From: Dehalococcoidia bacterium
Lineage (GTDB): Bacteria; Chloroflexota; Dehalococcoidia; E44-bin15; DAOWNJ01
Length of the DNA: 49,927 nt
Assembly: GCA_034435115.1 (NCBI GenBank)
Contig: DAOTXZ010000028.1
Location: forward strand, 1 to 49,927
Direction of reading: 5' to 3'
Made by a program: the position numbers and the translations under genes
Part shown: piece by piece, positions 24,554 through 32,668 of the stretch
How positions within the stretch are numbered: the stretch's first letter is position 1
Layout: the number at the start of each line of letters is the position of its first letter
Notes under the pieces: model-generated
The model's database searches: none
The model's input: only the letters and a program-made list of their open reading frames with translations
What the model was told of the DNA's origin: nothing

Positions 24554-25394
24554 GGGAGGCACGGGTAAGACCAGCATTGTTGGCTCCTTTGCCGTCTTAG
24601 CTAAAGGTGCCGTGCTGACTGATTGCGATGTTGATGCTGCCGACCTTCACCTCTTGCTCAAGCCGGCTATTCGGCAGGAACACGAGTTCTGGGGCGGGCA
24701 GGTTGCCGTTATTGATGAGAGCAAATGCACAAAGTGCGGCCTGTGTCAGGACCTGTGCCGGTTTGGAGCAATAAGAGAGTTCAAGGTTGACCGCACCTCA
24801 TGTGAGGGCTGCGGTCTCTGCTTCCATGTTTGTCCTGAGAATACAATCATAATGAAGGATAATCTTGCCGGGCACTGGTTCATCTCCGATACCAGATACG
24901 GGCCTCTGGTCCACGCCAGGCTGGGGACTGCCCAAGAGAACTCGGGCAAGCTAGTGGCCATGGTCAGGCAGAACGCCAAGGCCATCGCCCAAGAGTATGG
25001 TTTCGACTATATCATCAGCGATGGTCCGCCTGGGATCGGCTGTCCCGTCATATCCTCGCTATCTGGGTCGAACCTGGCTCTTTTGGTCACAGAGCCGACC
25101 CTACCGGGGATGCACGACCTCGACCGTATACTGGGCGTCTGCCGCCACTTCGGCATTCCCGCCTCGGTGTGCATCAATAAGTATGACCTCAACGAGGAGA
25201 ATACCCGCCAGATCGAGGACTTCTGCCAACGCCAGGGGATAGAGGTTATTTCAAAGCTACCCTTCGACAATGCAGTCACCGAGGCTTTGGTTCAGGGGCT
25301 ACCAGTAGTGGAATACTGCAAGGATGGGATTGCCCGAGATATTGAGATGCTATGGCAAAGGGTTTCCGCAGTTTTGGCCGGGGCATGTAAATAG
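24525..25394 (+). CDS. MinD/ParA-superfamily P-loop ATPase with an inserted 2x[4Fe-4S] ferredoxin domain (COG1149 type), copy 2
   Basis: SGKGGTGKT, CTKCGLCQDLCRFGAI and CEGCGLCFHVCPENTI. Overlaps copy 1 by 29 nt. Confidence 0.9.
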   Translation: MREVVVLSGKGGTGKTSIVGSFAVLAKGAVLTDCDVDAADLHLLLKPAIRQEHEFWGGQVAVIDESKCTKCGLCQDLCRFGAIREFKVDRTSCEGCGLCFHVCPENTIIMKDNLAGHWFISDTRYGPLVHARLGTAQENSGKLVAMVRQNAKAIAQEYGFDYIISDGPPGIGCPVISSLSGSNLALLVTEPTLPGMHDLDRILGVCRHFGIPASVCINKYDLNEENTRQIEDFCQRQGIEVISKLPFDNAVTEALVQGLPVVEYCKDGIARDIEMLWQRVSAVLAGACK

Positions 25395-25416
25395 AAAATA
25401 AAAGAAGAGGTTGAAT

Positions 25417-25690
25417 ATGAAGAATACTGACCTAGTAGTAGCGCCGCTGGGGTTCAGGTAGCCATGGTTGCCAGCATACATTGCCTTCAAGAAGGAGGTG
25501 GGCTATCTTCGTTAGCTCCAAGAGGCCTTAGTGGAGCTCAAGACCTAGTGGTTATCAGTAGTGGCTTTATCGGAGTTGAGTTTGCCGACGAGTGCCGCAA
25601 GTTGGGGTTGAACATGACGATAGTGGAGTTATTACCGCACTGTCTGCAACTGGTCTGCAGTGAGGACCGAGGATCTTTGTGCCAAAGCTG
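25417..25690 (+). pseudogene. Internal fragment of a pyridine-nucleotide-disulfide oxidoreductase (NADH oxidase/CoA-disulfide reductase-like)
   Basis: DLVVISSGFIGVEFADECRKLGLNMTIVELLP matches the second Rossmann (NAD) motif of this family. The upstream part is broken by stops and frame changes. Only about 90 codons remain. Confidence 0.55.
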
Positions 25691-25789
25691 AAGAAAAGCT
25701 CCATGAGCGGGGATAAGGGGTGATAAACGGAAATGCAGTGCCAGCACGGGAAGCAGGCTTTGACCAAATTGCCTTAAAAGGAGGAGGTC

Positions 25790-25969
25790 ATGCCAATCTA
25801 TGAATACGAGTGTCTTAAATGTGGTGAGCGCTTCGAGGTGCGGCGGAGCATGAGCGAGAGCGACCGGCAAGTAAGATGTCCCTGGTGTGGGGCAGAGAGT
25901 CCACGCCTCGTCTTCTCGGCCTTTGCTACAACTTCTGGCGGTTCTTGTGCTCCGAGCAACCCTACCTGA
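25790..25969 (+). CDS. FmdB-family Zn-ribbon protein (CxxC_CxxC_SSSS type)
   Basis: MPIYEYECLKCGERFEV...RCPWCG signature. AAAGGAGGAGG ribosome-binding site. 59 codons, so it is absent from the ORF track. Confidence 0.75.
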   Translation: MPIYEYECLKCGERFEVRRSMSESDRQVRCPWCGAESPRLVFSAFATTSGGSCAPSNPT

Positions 25970-26177
25970 AGCATCAAATCGTGAGACGGTCTGTCTCATG
26001 CGAAGCAAGCTTCGAAAGGAGGAGGGATAGGCAGCGATAGCCTGAAGAAGCTAATGTCCTCATCTTACACAGTCAGAACGAGCACTCAGGCACCCGGTAC
26101 TACCTGCTGTGGCCGGACAGGGCGCGGTGAAACGCTGCCATGCTCTACAGATGATGTCTGCCCCTGGAGGTAAGGGA

Positions 26178-26666
26178 ATGGTCAAACCCAAGAGCAATCT
26201 CCATTTCAGGTTAATGGCGTTTGCCCTCAAGTTCCGGGACCTGCTCCGACCACCTCAACGGCTCTTGAGGAAAGCACGCCTGGAGAGAGGGATGTATGTT
26301 GTTGACTATGGCTGTGGGCCAGGCGGATTTACCATCCCGGCGACAGAGCTGGTAGGGCCAGAGGGTAAAGTGTTTGCTGTGGACATCCATCCCCTGGCCA
26401 TTGAAAGCGTGAAAAGGAAGGCCTCGCGAAAGGCTCTGGAGAACATTGAGACGATTCTGGTTGAGGGATATTACACAGGGATTAGGGAATCGAGCATCGA
26501 CCGCGTCCTGCTTATTGACACCTTTGCCCAGATACAAGACCGGGAGGCATTGCTCCGTGAGCTTCATCGGGTGCTCAAAGGGGATGGCTTACTCCTTATG
26601 GCCCGAGAGCATATGAGCATATCACAGCAGAAGGGAATTGTGATGAAGAGTGGACTTTCAACATAG
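26178..26666 (+). CDS. Class I SAM-dependent methyltransferase
   Basis: Motif I VVDYGCGPGGF and a post-I acidic residue (VFAVDI). GGAGG lies 8 nt upstream of ATG 26178. The ORF-track start at 26109 is an alternative. Confidence 0.8.
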   Translation: MVKPKSNLHFRLMAFALKFRDLLRPPQRLLRKARLERGMYVVDYGCGPGGFTIPATELVGPEGKVFAVDIHPLAIESVKRKASRKALENIETILVEGYYTGIRESSIDRVLLIDTFAQIQDREALLRELHRVLKGDGLLLMAREHMSISQQKGIVMKSGLST

Positions 26667-26727
26667 TAGATTCCTGGAAAGAGGGGATGCTCCTCACCAA
26701 GGAAATCAGAGGGGGAAAGGAGATGAG

Positions 26728-27123
26728 ATGAAAATAGCTGCTATATCAGACGACGGGGTCAATATCAGCCAGCACTTTGGCAGGGCCCTCCTTTATGTTG
26801 TGCTCACTGTGGAAGGAGGTAAGGTAGTAGGCAGGGAGACAAGGCCAAAGGCGGGCCACCATACCTTTGCGGCTATATGGCACCCCCAGGCACCGGGGCA
26901 GCGCCATGGCTACGATGCAGGCTCACAGGCAAAGCACTGCAGCATGGCCGAGACCATCGCTGACTGCCAGGTGCTCCTCGCCGGGGGGATGGGCTGGGGC
27001 GCCTACGAAAGCATGAAGACCTTCAACATTGAGCCCATCGTCACCGACGTGGAGAGCATCGATGAAGCGGTGCAGTTGTACCTGGAGGGAAGGCTCCCCA
27101 ACCTTATGGAGCGGCTGCATTAA
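26728..27123 (+). CDS. NifX/NifB-type (COG1433) protein, second copy
   Basis: MKIAAISDDG...HFGRALLYVV...LLAGGMGWGAYESM pattern. Ribosome-binding site GGAAAGGAG. Confidence 0.8.
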   Translation: MKIAAISDDGVNISQHFGRALLYVVLTVEGGKVVGRETRPKAGHHTFAAIWHPQAPGQRHGYDAGSQAKHCSMAETIADCQVLLAGGMGWGAYESMKTFNIEPIVTDVESIDEAVQLYLEGRLPNLMERLH

Positions 27124-27139
27124 GATTCTGGAGGTTCGT

Positions 27140-27925
27140 ATGGACATCGGAGTACTCGCCATACTGCTTGTTGTCGGAATACTGGCCGGTGGGCTAGGTG
27201 GGCTTTTAGGAATCGGCGGCTGCGTCATTATGATGCCGGCTATTCGCTTTGGATTCGACTTCTCACCTACACTGGCAGTGGGAACGACCCTGACAGCAGT
27301 AATCTTTACCGCCGGTGCAGGTGCACTTCAGCACTGGCGGCTGGGCAATGTTGACTGGAAATCTGTCAAGTATATCGCACCAGCAGGCGTTGCGGGGGTG
27401 CTAGCTGGGTCGGCACTTTTCTACTATATTCATGACTATGGCAAGGTCATTGATTTGATTGTCGGCTTGGCTTTTACTCCTGTTGCCCTGAGAATGGCCT
27501 ATGAAGGAACACTCAAGAGAAAGATGCCTGAAGTACTCGGAAAAGAACTAGCGGGTAGCAAACCAGCCAAAGCAGGAGTCGGTGGTGGAGTCGGGTTTCT
27601 CACCGGCATAATTGGTCTCGGTGGCGGCTACGCTCTGGTACCAACCTTTATTTACCTGTTACGGTCACCGCTTCGAATTGCCATCGGTTCATCTATGGCA
27701 TCCTTCGTCTGGTTTGCCCTGGTGGGTGGCATTATCAAAATGGTTCAGGGCTTTTGCGACATTCCAGCAGCCGTTGCCCTGGGGTTGGGCGCAGCTGGTG
27801 GAGCCATCATCGGCGCCAGACTCGTGTCTCGGTTCAAGCCAGCTACCCTGAAGGCAGCGTTCGGCTTCATATTTTTCTATGTGTCACTGAAGTACATATT
27901 CCTCTATTTTGGCATAACGATTTAG
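27140..27925 (+). CDS. TauE/SafE-family membrane transporter (sulfite/anion exporter family)
   Basis: Multiple hydrophobic helices with duplicated GLLGIGGC / GIIGLGGG motifs. GGAGG ribosome-binding site before ATG 27140. Confidence 0.85.
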   Translation: MDIGVLAILLVVGILAGGLGGLLGIGGCVIMMPAIRFGFDFSPTLAVGTTLTAVIFTAGAGALQHWRLGNVDWKSVKYIAPAGVAGVLAGSALFYYIHDYGKVIDLIVGLAFTPVALRMAYEGTLKRKMPEVLGKELAGSKPAKAGVGGGVGFLTGIIGLGGGYALVPTFIYLLRSPLRIAIGSSMASFVWFALVGGIIKMVQGFCDIPAAVALGLGAAGGAIIGARLVSRFKPATLKAAFGFIFFYVSLKYIFLYFGITI

Positions 27926-27935
27926 GTGGCAAGCT

Positions 27936-28898
27936 ATGACAAAGGTAATAGAGGTGTCAGGACTGACCAAATGCTATGACGGACTTGCGGCTGTAGACGG
28001 AATCGATTTTGCGGTTGAAGAGGGCGAGATCTTCGGCTTTCTCGGTCCTAATGGTGCCGGCAAGACGACCACCATCCGCCTGCTCACCGGTCTCTCAAAA
28101 CCCACCGCTGGCAGTGCCCGTGTCCTCGGCTACGACATAGCATCGGAGATTATGAAGGCAAAAAGGGAATTCGGTGTCGTGCCCGAGATGTCCAATATGT
28201 ATGACGAGCTTAGCGGGCTAGAGAATCTGGTTTTCATGGGGCAGCTCTACGGTGTGCCATCCGGGGAGCGCCGGGCGAGGGCAGAAGAGCTACTGAAGAC
28301 CTTCGGGCTCTACGAGAGAAAAGACTCTAGGTTTGCCACTTACTCGCGCGGGATGAAGCGGGCGCTGACCATAGCTGCCGCCCTCGTTCACCGACCCCGT
28401 CTCCTCTTCCTTGATGAGCCGACTGTTGGGCTGGATGTCGTCGCAGCTCGCAATTTGCGGACGCTTATCCAGCGACTTCAGAAAGAGGGGACAACCGTCT
28501 TTCTCACCACCCACTATCTTGAGGAGGCGGATATGCTGTGCTCTCGCATTGCCCTGCTCGTCAAGGGTAAGGTTATCGCCACGAATACGCCCGTCAGACT
28601 CAAAGGTATGGCAGAAGAGGAGCCAGCGCTGGAGGTTTCCTTCAGACAGCCTTCGCCCCAGGCAGGCGAAGAGCTTGGAAAACGACTCCCGGGCACGGTG
28701 GTGATGACTATCAATGAGAGAATAAGAGTCTATGGCGGTGATACTGCCACCGTCCTCGAAACCATCCTCAGCTATGCTAGGGAGAGGAAAATAGAGGTAG
28801 CTTCGGTAAACAGCCTTAAGCCAACTCTGGAAGATGCTTTTGTCAAGCTTACCGGCTTAAGCCCGCTGGTGATGGCGGCGGAAAAGGGAGGGCAATAA
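27936..28898 (+). CDS. ABC transporter ATP-binding protein (ABC-2/DrrA-like)
   Basis: Walker A GPNGAGKTT, a signature-like YSRGMKR, and Walker B LLFLDEPTVGLD. Confidence 0.9.
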   Translation: MTKVIEVSGLTKCYDGLAAVDGIDFAVEEGEIFGFLGPNGAGKTTTIRLLTGLSKPTAGSARVLGYDIASEIMKAKREFGVVPEMSNMYDELSGLENLVFMGQLYGVPSGERRARAEELLKTFGLYERKDSRFATYSRGMKRALTIAAALVHRPRLLFLDEPTVGLDVVAARNLRTLIQRLQKEGTTVFLTTHYLEEADMLCSRIALLVKGKVIATNTPVRLKGMAEEEPALEVSFRQPSPQAGEELGKRLPGTVVMTINERIRVYGGDTATVLETILSYARERKIEVASVNSLKPTLEDAFVKLTGLSPLVMAAEKGGQ

Positions 28899-29629
28899 TG
28901 CGGTACGAGAGCCTGCGCAGCATCTACTACATCGCCCTCAAGGACATGAAGACCTACTATCTGAAGCCGCCGGCGATTAGCTGGGGCATCGTTTTCCCTG
29001 TGGCCTGGATACTGGCCTTCTACCTGAGAAACCAGCAAAACTTTGGTGACCTTGTACCTGGGCTCATCGCTATGACCGTCCTCTTCAGCACCACCGCCAT
29101 GGAGGCAGTGGTCATCAACTTTGAGCTAAGGCTCGGCTCCCTGGAAAGGCTGCTGCTAGCTCCAGTTACCCTACCAAGTGTACTTTTGGGAAAGATACTG
29201 GGAGGCGCCATTTTCGGGCTGATGATAACCTCGGCAATAACCCTGGTTTCTGTTCTTGCCCTAGGGCTTTACCGCATGAATCTTGTCTATTTACTACTAA
29301 CGTTAGTGCCATCGCTTCTGTTGTTCTCTGCCCTAGGCGCCCTGATATGCGTTCTGGTCAGAGAAATATTTGAGGCACAGACTCTGGCTAACCTGCCCCG
29401 CTTCCTGATGGTGTTCCTGAGCGGCGTTTTCACTCCAGTTTCGTCCCTGCCACCGGTGCTACAGCAGTTTGCCTATGTATTGCCTCTCACTTATACCGTT
29501 GATGGGGTACGGCAGGCTTTCGGCAACGCCGGAACGGTTAATATCGCTATTGACATTCTGGTTCTCATCGTTTTCATTCCGGCTCTGATTTTGCCAGCGA
29601 CAAAGCTGCTAGCGAGGAGATTCGCCTGA
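28898..29629 (+). CDS. ABC-2 type transporter permease
   Basis: Six predicted hydrophobic segments. TAATG overlap with the ATPase gene. Confidence 0.85.
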   Translation: MRYESLRSIYYIALKDMKTYYLKPPAISWGIVFPVAWILAFYLRNQQNFGDLVPGLIAMTVLFSTTAMEAVVINFELRLGSLERLLLAPVTLPSVLLGKILGGAIFGLMITSAITLVSVLALGLYRMNLVYLLLTLVPSLLLFSALGALICVLVREIFEAQTLANLPRFLMVFLSGVFTPVSSLPPVLQQFAYVLPLTYTVDGVRQAFGNAGTVNIAIDILVLIVFIPALILPATKLLARRFA

Positions 29630-29652
29630 TAGAAGTTCCAGGAGGAGATGTT

Positions 29653-30657
29653 ATGCCAACAAAAGAAGAAGTAATGGAAAGCCTGGACGCCGTGCTCGTG
29701 CCTGGAGCCACGCGCAGCCTGGTGAAGCTCAACCTAGTTCGCCAGGTGGCTATCTCCGACCAAGAGGTCAACATTAGCCTCGCCTCCGCAGCCCTAAACG
29801 AAGGCACCCAGGACTGGCTTAAGGCGAAGGTGCGTGACGTCACTAGAAAGCTACCCGGGGTGAAGGAGGCAGAAATAGGCTTTGTCAAGGCCAAGCCTAA
29901 GGACCTCAACGAAATCCGCCACGTGGTCGCTGTGGCGAGTGGTAAGGGCGGGGTGGGCAAGTCACTGGTAACCGGCCTCCTCGGGGTGTCGCTGGCTCGC
30001 TGGGGTCACGAGGTAGGTATCCTGGATGCCGACATCACCGGGCCAAGCATCCCCAAGATGTTTGGCATCAGCACCCGCCCCAGCGGAAGCGATAGTGGCA
30101 TCCTGCCTGTGCTTTCCCGGCTGGGTATAGAGATTATGTCCATCAATCTCCTCCTGCCTAATGAGGACGATGCCATTATCTGGCGAGGACCTCTCATCGG
30201 CGGCGCTATTAAGCAATTCTGGGAGGAGGTGCTCTGGGGCAGACTCGACTACCTGCTGGTAGACCTGCCTCCGGGGACTGCTGACGCGCCCCTCACCGTG
30301 ATGCAGTCACTCCCGCTGTCGGGCGTGGTTATCGTCTTCAGTCCTCAGGAGCTGGCAGCGATGGTGGTGAGAAAGGCAGTGCAGATGGCACAGAAGATGA
30401 ACATCCCCATCCTGGGTGTGGTGGAGAATATGAGCTATCTCTACGTGCCGGATACGGGGAAGCGGATAGAGCTTTTTGGTAGTAGCAAAGCGCAGGAGAT
30501 GGTGAAGGCAGCAGGAGCTCCGCTTTTGGGGCAGCTCCCCATCGACCCGCAGCTTGCCCGACTCTGCGACGAAGGCGATATTGAACGCTATAACTCTGAA
30601 GCCATGAACAGCTTTGCCGAGGCTTTTCTTCAGGCCATTTCGGCTAAAGCAAGGTGA
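29653..30657 (+). CDS. Mrp/NBP35/ApbC-family P-loop ATPase with an N-terminal DUF59-like domain
   Basis: Deviant Walker A VASGKGGVGKS, DLPPGT and VVENMS. Note that the usual CxxC after ENMS is absent. AGGAGG ribosome-binding site. Confidence 0.9.
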   Translation: MPTKEEVMESLDAVLVPGATRSLVKLNLVRQVAISDQEVNISLASAALNEGTQDWLKAKVRDVTRKLPGVKEAEIGFVKAKPKDLNEIRHVVAVASGKGGVGKSLVTGLLGVSLARWGHEVGILDADITGPSIPKMFGISTRPSGSDSGILPVLSRLGIEIMSINLLLPNEDDAIIWRGPLIGGAIKQFWEEVLWGRLDYLLVDLPPGTADAPLTVMQSLPLSGVVIVFSPQELAAMVVRKAVQMAQKMNIPILGVVENMSYLYVPDTGKRIELFGSSKAQEMVKAAGAPLLGQLPIDPQLARLCDEGDIERYNSEAMNSFAEAFLQAISAKAR

Positions 30658-30719
30658 GACGATAGAGGTATAGAGATGGTGTCAGACCCTGATAAACTTG
30701 AGGAAGACATCACCGCTAT

Positions 30720-31124
30720 ATGAGAAAGACCTACACGGAGACAGTCACTGACCACATCATGAACCCTCGAAACGTGGGCAGTATCCAAGATGCCGATGGC
30801 TTTGCTCACTTCACCGGCCCATGCGGGGACACCATGGAGATATGGCTCAGGGTGAAAAACGACGTTATTCAGAATGCCACTTTCTGGACTGATGGCTGCG
30901 GCACCACAATAGCCGCCGGGAGCATGGTCACCGAACTGGCTAAGGGGAAGGCAATCACGGAGGCCCTGAAGATAACTGAGCAGGATATTCTGGATGCCCT
31001 GGGAGGGCTGCCCGAGGAAAGCCAGCACTGCGCGCTGCTGGCGGCCACCACGCTGAAGGAAGCAATCAAAGACTATCTTGCCTTCAGGAACGAGACATGG
31101 AAAAGGGCTTATAGAAGGCGCTAA
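30720..31124 (+). CDS. IscU/NifU N-terminal-domain Fe-S scaffold protein
   Basis: DHIMNPRNVG, GPCGD, DGCG and HCALLA give the three scaffold Cys positions. Confidence 0.85.
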   Translation: MRKTYTETVTDHIMNPRNVGSIQDADGFAHFTGPCGDTMEIWLRVKNDVIQNATFWTDGCGTTIAAGSMVTELAKGKAITEALKITEQDILDALGGLPEESQHCALLAATTLKEAIKDYLAFRNETWKRAYRRR

Positions 31125-31135
31125 TGCTTACAATA

Positions 31136-31620
31136 CTAATCGCGGTGGGGTCTTATGGATACCGGGCTCAGCTTTTCGGCAGTGCATAATACCGTGGAAG
31201 CGGAGGAGCAGTATAACGGATTGCGTCTGAGCCTATGATACAAGAGCCCTTGCGGGAGTAATGACCCAGGATGGCCACCAAATGCCAGAAGGCCATGCCC
31301 ATCGCTACACGGGGAGAGGTCCCAACGCCAGACCTGATTGGGTGCGTCGGCCTCCACCTCTGGTTTCTGGCTCCCTGGCCTGCGCCGGGGTATCGGTAGC
31401 GCCACCAGCTTTCCGCCCTCAGCACCCGAAGCACGGTGGACTCGGAAACGAATACCTTCTTCAGCCGCCCCAGCATGTGAGCCAGTTTCCTGTGGCGCAA
31501 ATCCGCCCACTCCTCCTGGGCCATCTCCAGGACCGCTTGCCTTTCTATCTCCGTTATCCGGTGTCTTATCACCCCGGCTATGGGTGGCCTGTCCACCAGG
31601 TCCTTGGCTTCCACTAGCCT
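31136..31620 (-). pseudogene. Frameshifted, truncated IS3/IS481-like transposase remnant (HTH plus the start of the rve integrase core)
   Basis: One frame reads ITEIERQAVLEMAQEEWADLRHRKLAHML...STVLRVLRAE. Another reads PNQVWRWDLS, then ...LGHYSRKG. The catalytic core is cut off after ~40 residues, and no terminal repeats were recognised. Confidence 0.6.
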
Positions 31621-31915
31621 ATCCTCCCCCTGCCACCATGAGAATGAAAAGTTCATCGCCATTCTCTGTTTGGTGGTTCAGCTCGTCAGGATAGGTGGTG
31701 TGATCATTGAGGTAAATACAGATATGGCTGTGCAATTGCCCCCGCTCATCAAAGAGGTGTTGCTTGAAACCAGGGAAGCGAGCATGTAATGAGTCGAGGC
31801 ACTGGCCCACGGTTTCCCCCTCCACCTCCACCACCTCCTGACCCCCGGTAAGACTGAGAAAAAAGGGATCGAATCGAATCTTTATGCCTATTTTCCGCCT
31901 CCGCAGACCGGGCAA
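31619..31915 (-). CDS. MoaD/ThiS-family ubiquitin-like sulfur carrier
   Basis: ~95 aa beta-grasp-like sequence ending in Gly-Gly (..MVAGGG-stop). It sits immediately after an E1-like gene. TTG start overlaps the thiF-like 3' end. Confidence 0.75.
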   Translation of the reverse strand: MPGLRRRKIGIKIRFDPFFLSLTGGQEVVEVEGETVGQCLDSLHARFPGFKQHLFDERGQLHSHICIYLNDHTTYPDELNHQTENGDELFILMVAGGG

Positions 31916-32658
31916 TCGGGATTCTTACGCAACTCCACCAGGGTGAATTCCATTGTTTCACCGTTTACATAGAGCATTTTCCCCGTAAGGAGCCTCCCGA
32001 ACCCCGAGAGGAACTTCAGGGCCTCCACTACTTGAAGCGAAGCTACTAGGGCCGCTGTGGCTCCCAATACAGGGAAGGACCTTTTCGTTTCCACGAATCG
32101 GGGGAAAATACACTCAAGACATGGGGTCTTGTCAGGAATGATGGTGGTTATCTCCCCCATAAGACCGTTGATACCCCCATGGATAAAAGGTATTCTCTCC
32201 TGGTAACATCCTTCATTCATGATGAACCTTGTCCTCATGTTGTCCACTCCATCAATAACCAGATCGGCCCCACGAACAAGCTGTCTCACATTTCCCGGGG
32301 TTATCTCTACCGAGAGAGGAACTATCTCTACACTCGAATTTATCCGGCCCAGCTTACGGCTTGCGGAGAGCACCTTTTTCTCCCCCACATCCTCTTCCCA
32401 GTGGAGGATCTGGCGATTGAGGTCAGAAAGCTCAACCGAGTCGCAATCTATCAAGGTGAGACGCCCTATCCCGGCGCAGGCAAGGTATACAGCTGATGGA
32501 CAACCCAGCCCTCCGATGCCGGCGACTGCTACATGAGCCTGCTTAAACCTCCTCTGTCCCTCCTCACCGAGCGAGGGAAAAAGAAGCTGGCGACTGTATC
32601 TTGTAAGATCTTCTTTGGTGAGGCTCAAGCAATCCTCCCCTTTTCCCCCTAAGCCCAC
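31888..32658 (-). CDS. ThiF/MoeB-family E1-like adenylyltransferase
   Basis: RYSRQLL, the nucleotide loop VAGIGGLGCP, LIDCDSVELSDLNRQ, and two CxxC pairs (CLEC, CPVC). An alternative start is TTG 32628, preceded by GGGGAGGA. Confidence 0.9.
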   Translation of the reverse strand: MGLGGKGEDCLSLTKEDLTRYSRQLLFPSLGEEGQRRFKQAHVAVAGIGGLGCPSAVYLACAGIGRLTLIDCDSVELSDLNRQILHWEEDVGEKKVLSASRKLGRINSSVEIVPLSVEITPGNVRQLVRGADLVIDGVDNMRTRFIMNEGCYQERIPFIHGGINGLMGEITTIIPDKTPCLECIFPRFVETKRSFPVLGATAALVASLQVVEALKFLSGFGRLLTGKMLYVNGETMEFTLVELRKNPDCPVCGGGK

Positions 32659-32668
32659 CGCGAGGCGG

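Noticed and set aside
25538-26008. 156-aa minus-strand ORF spanning the oxidoreductase relic and the FmdB gene.
   Set aside because: It has no ribosome-binding site and no motifs. It overlaps a plus-strand 59-codon FmdB-type gene that has a textbook signature and a strong ribosome-binding site.
30676-30723. 15-codon mini-ORF (MVSDPDKLEEDITAI) overlapping the IscU start.
   Set aside because: It is too short to evaluate and has no ribosome-binding site. It is probably fortuitous.
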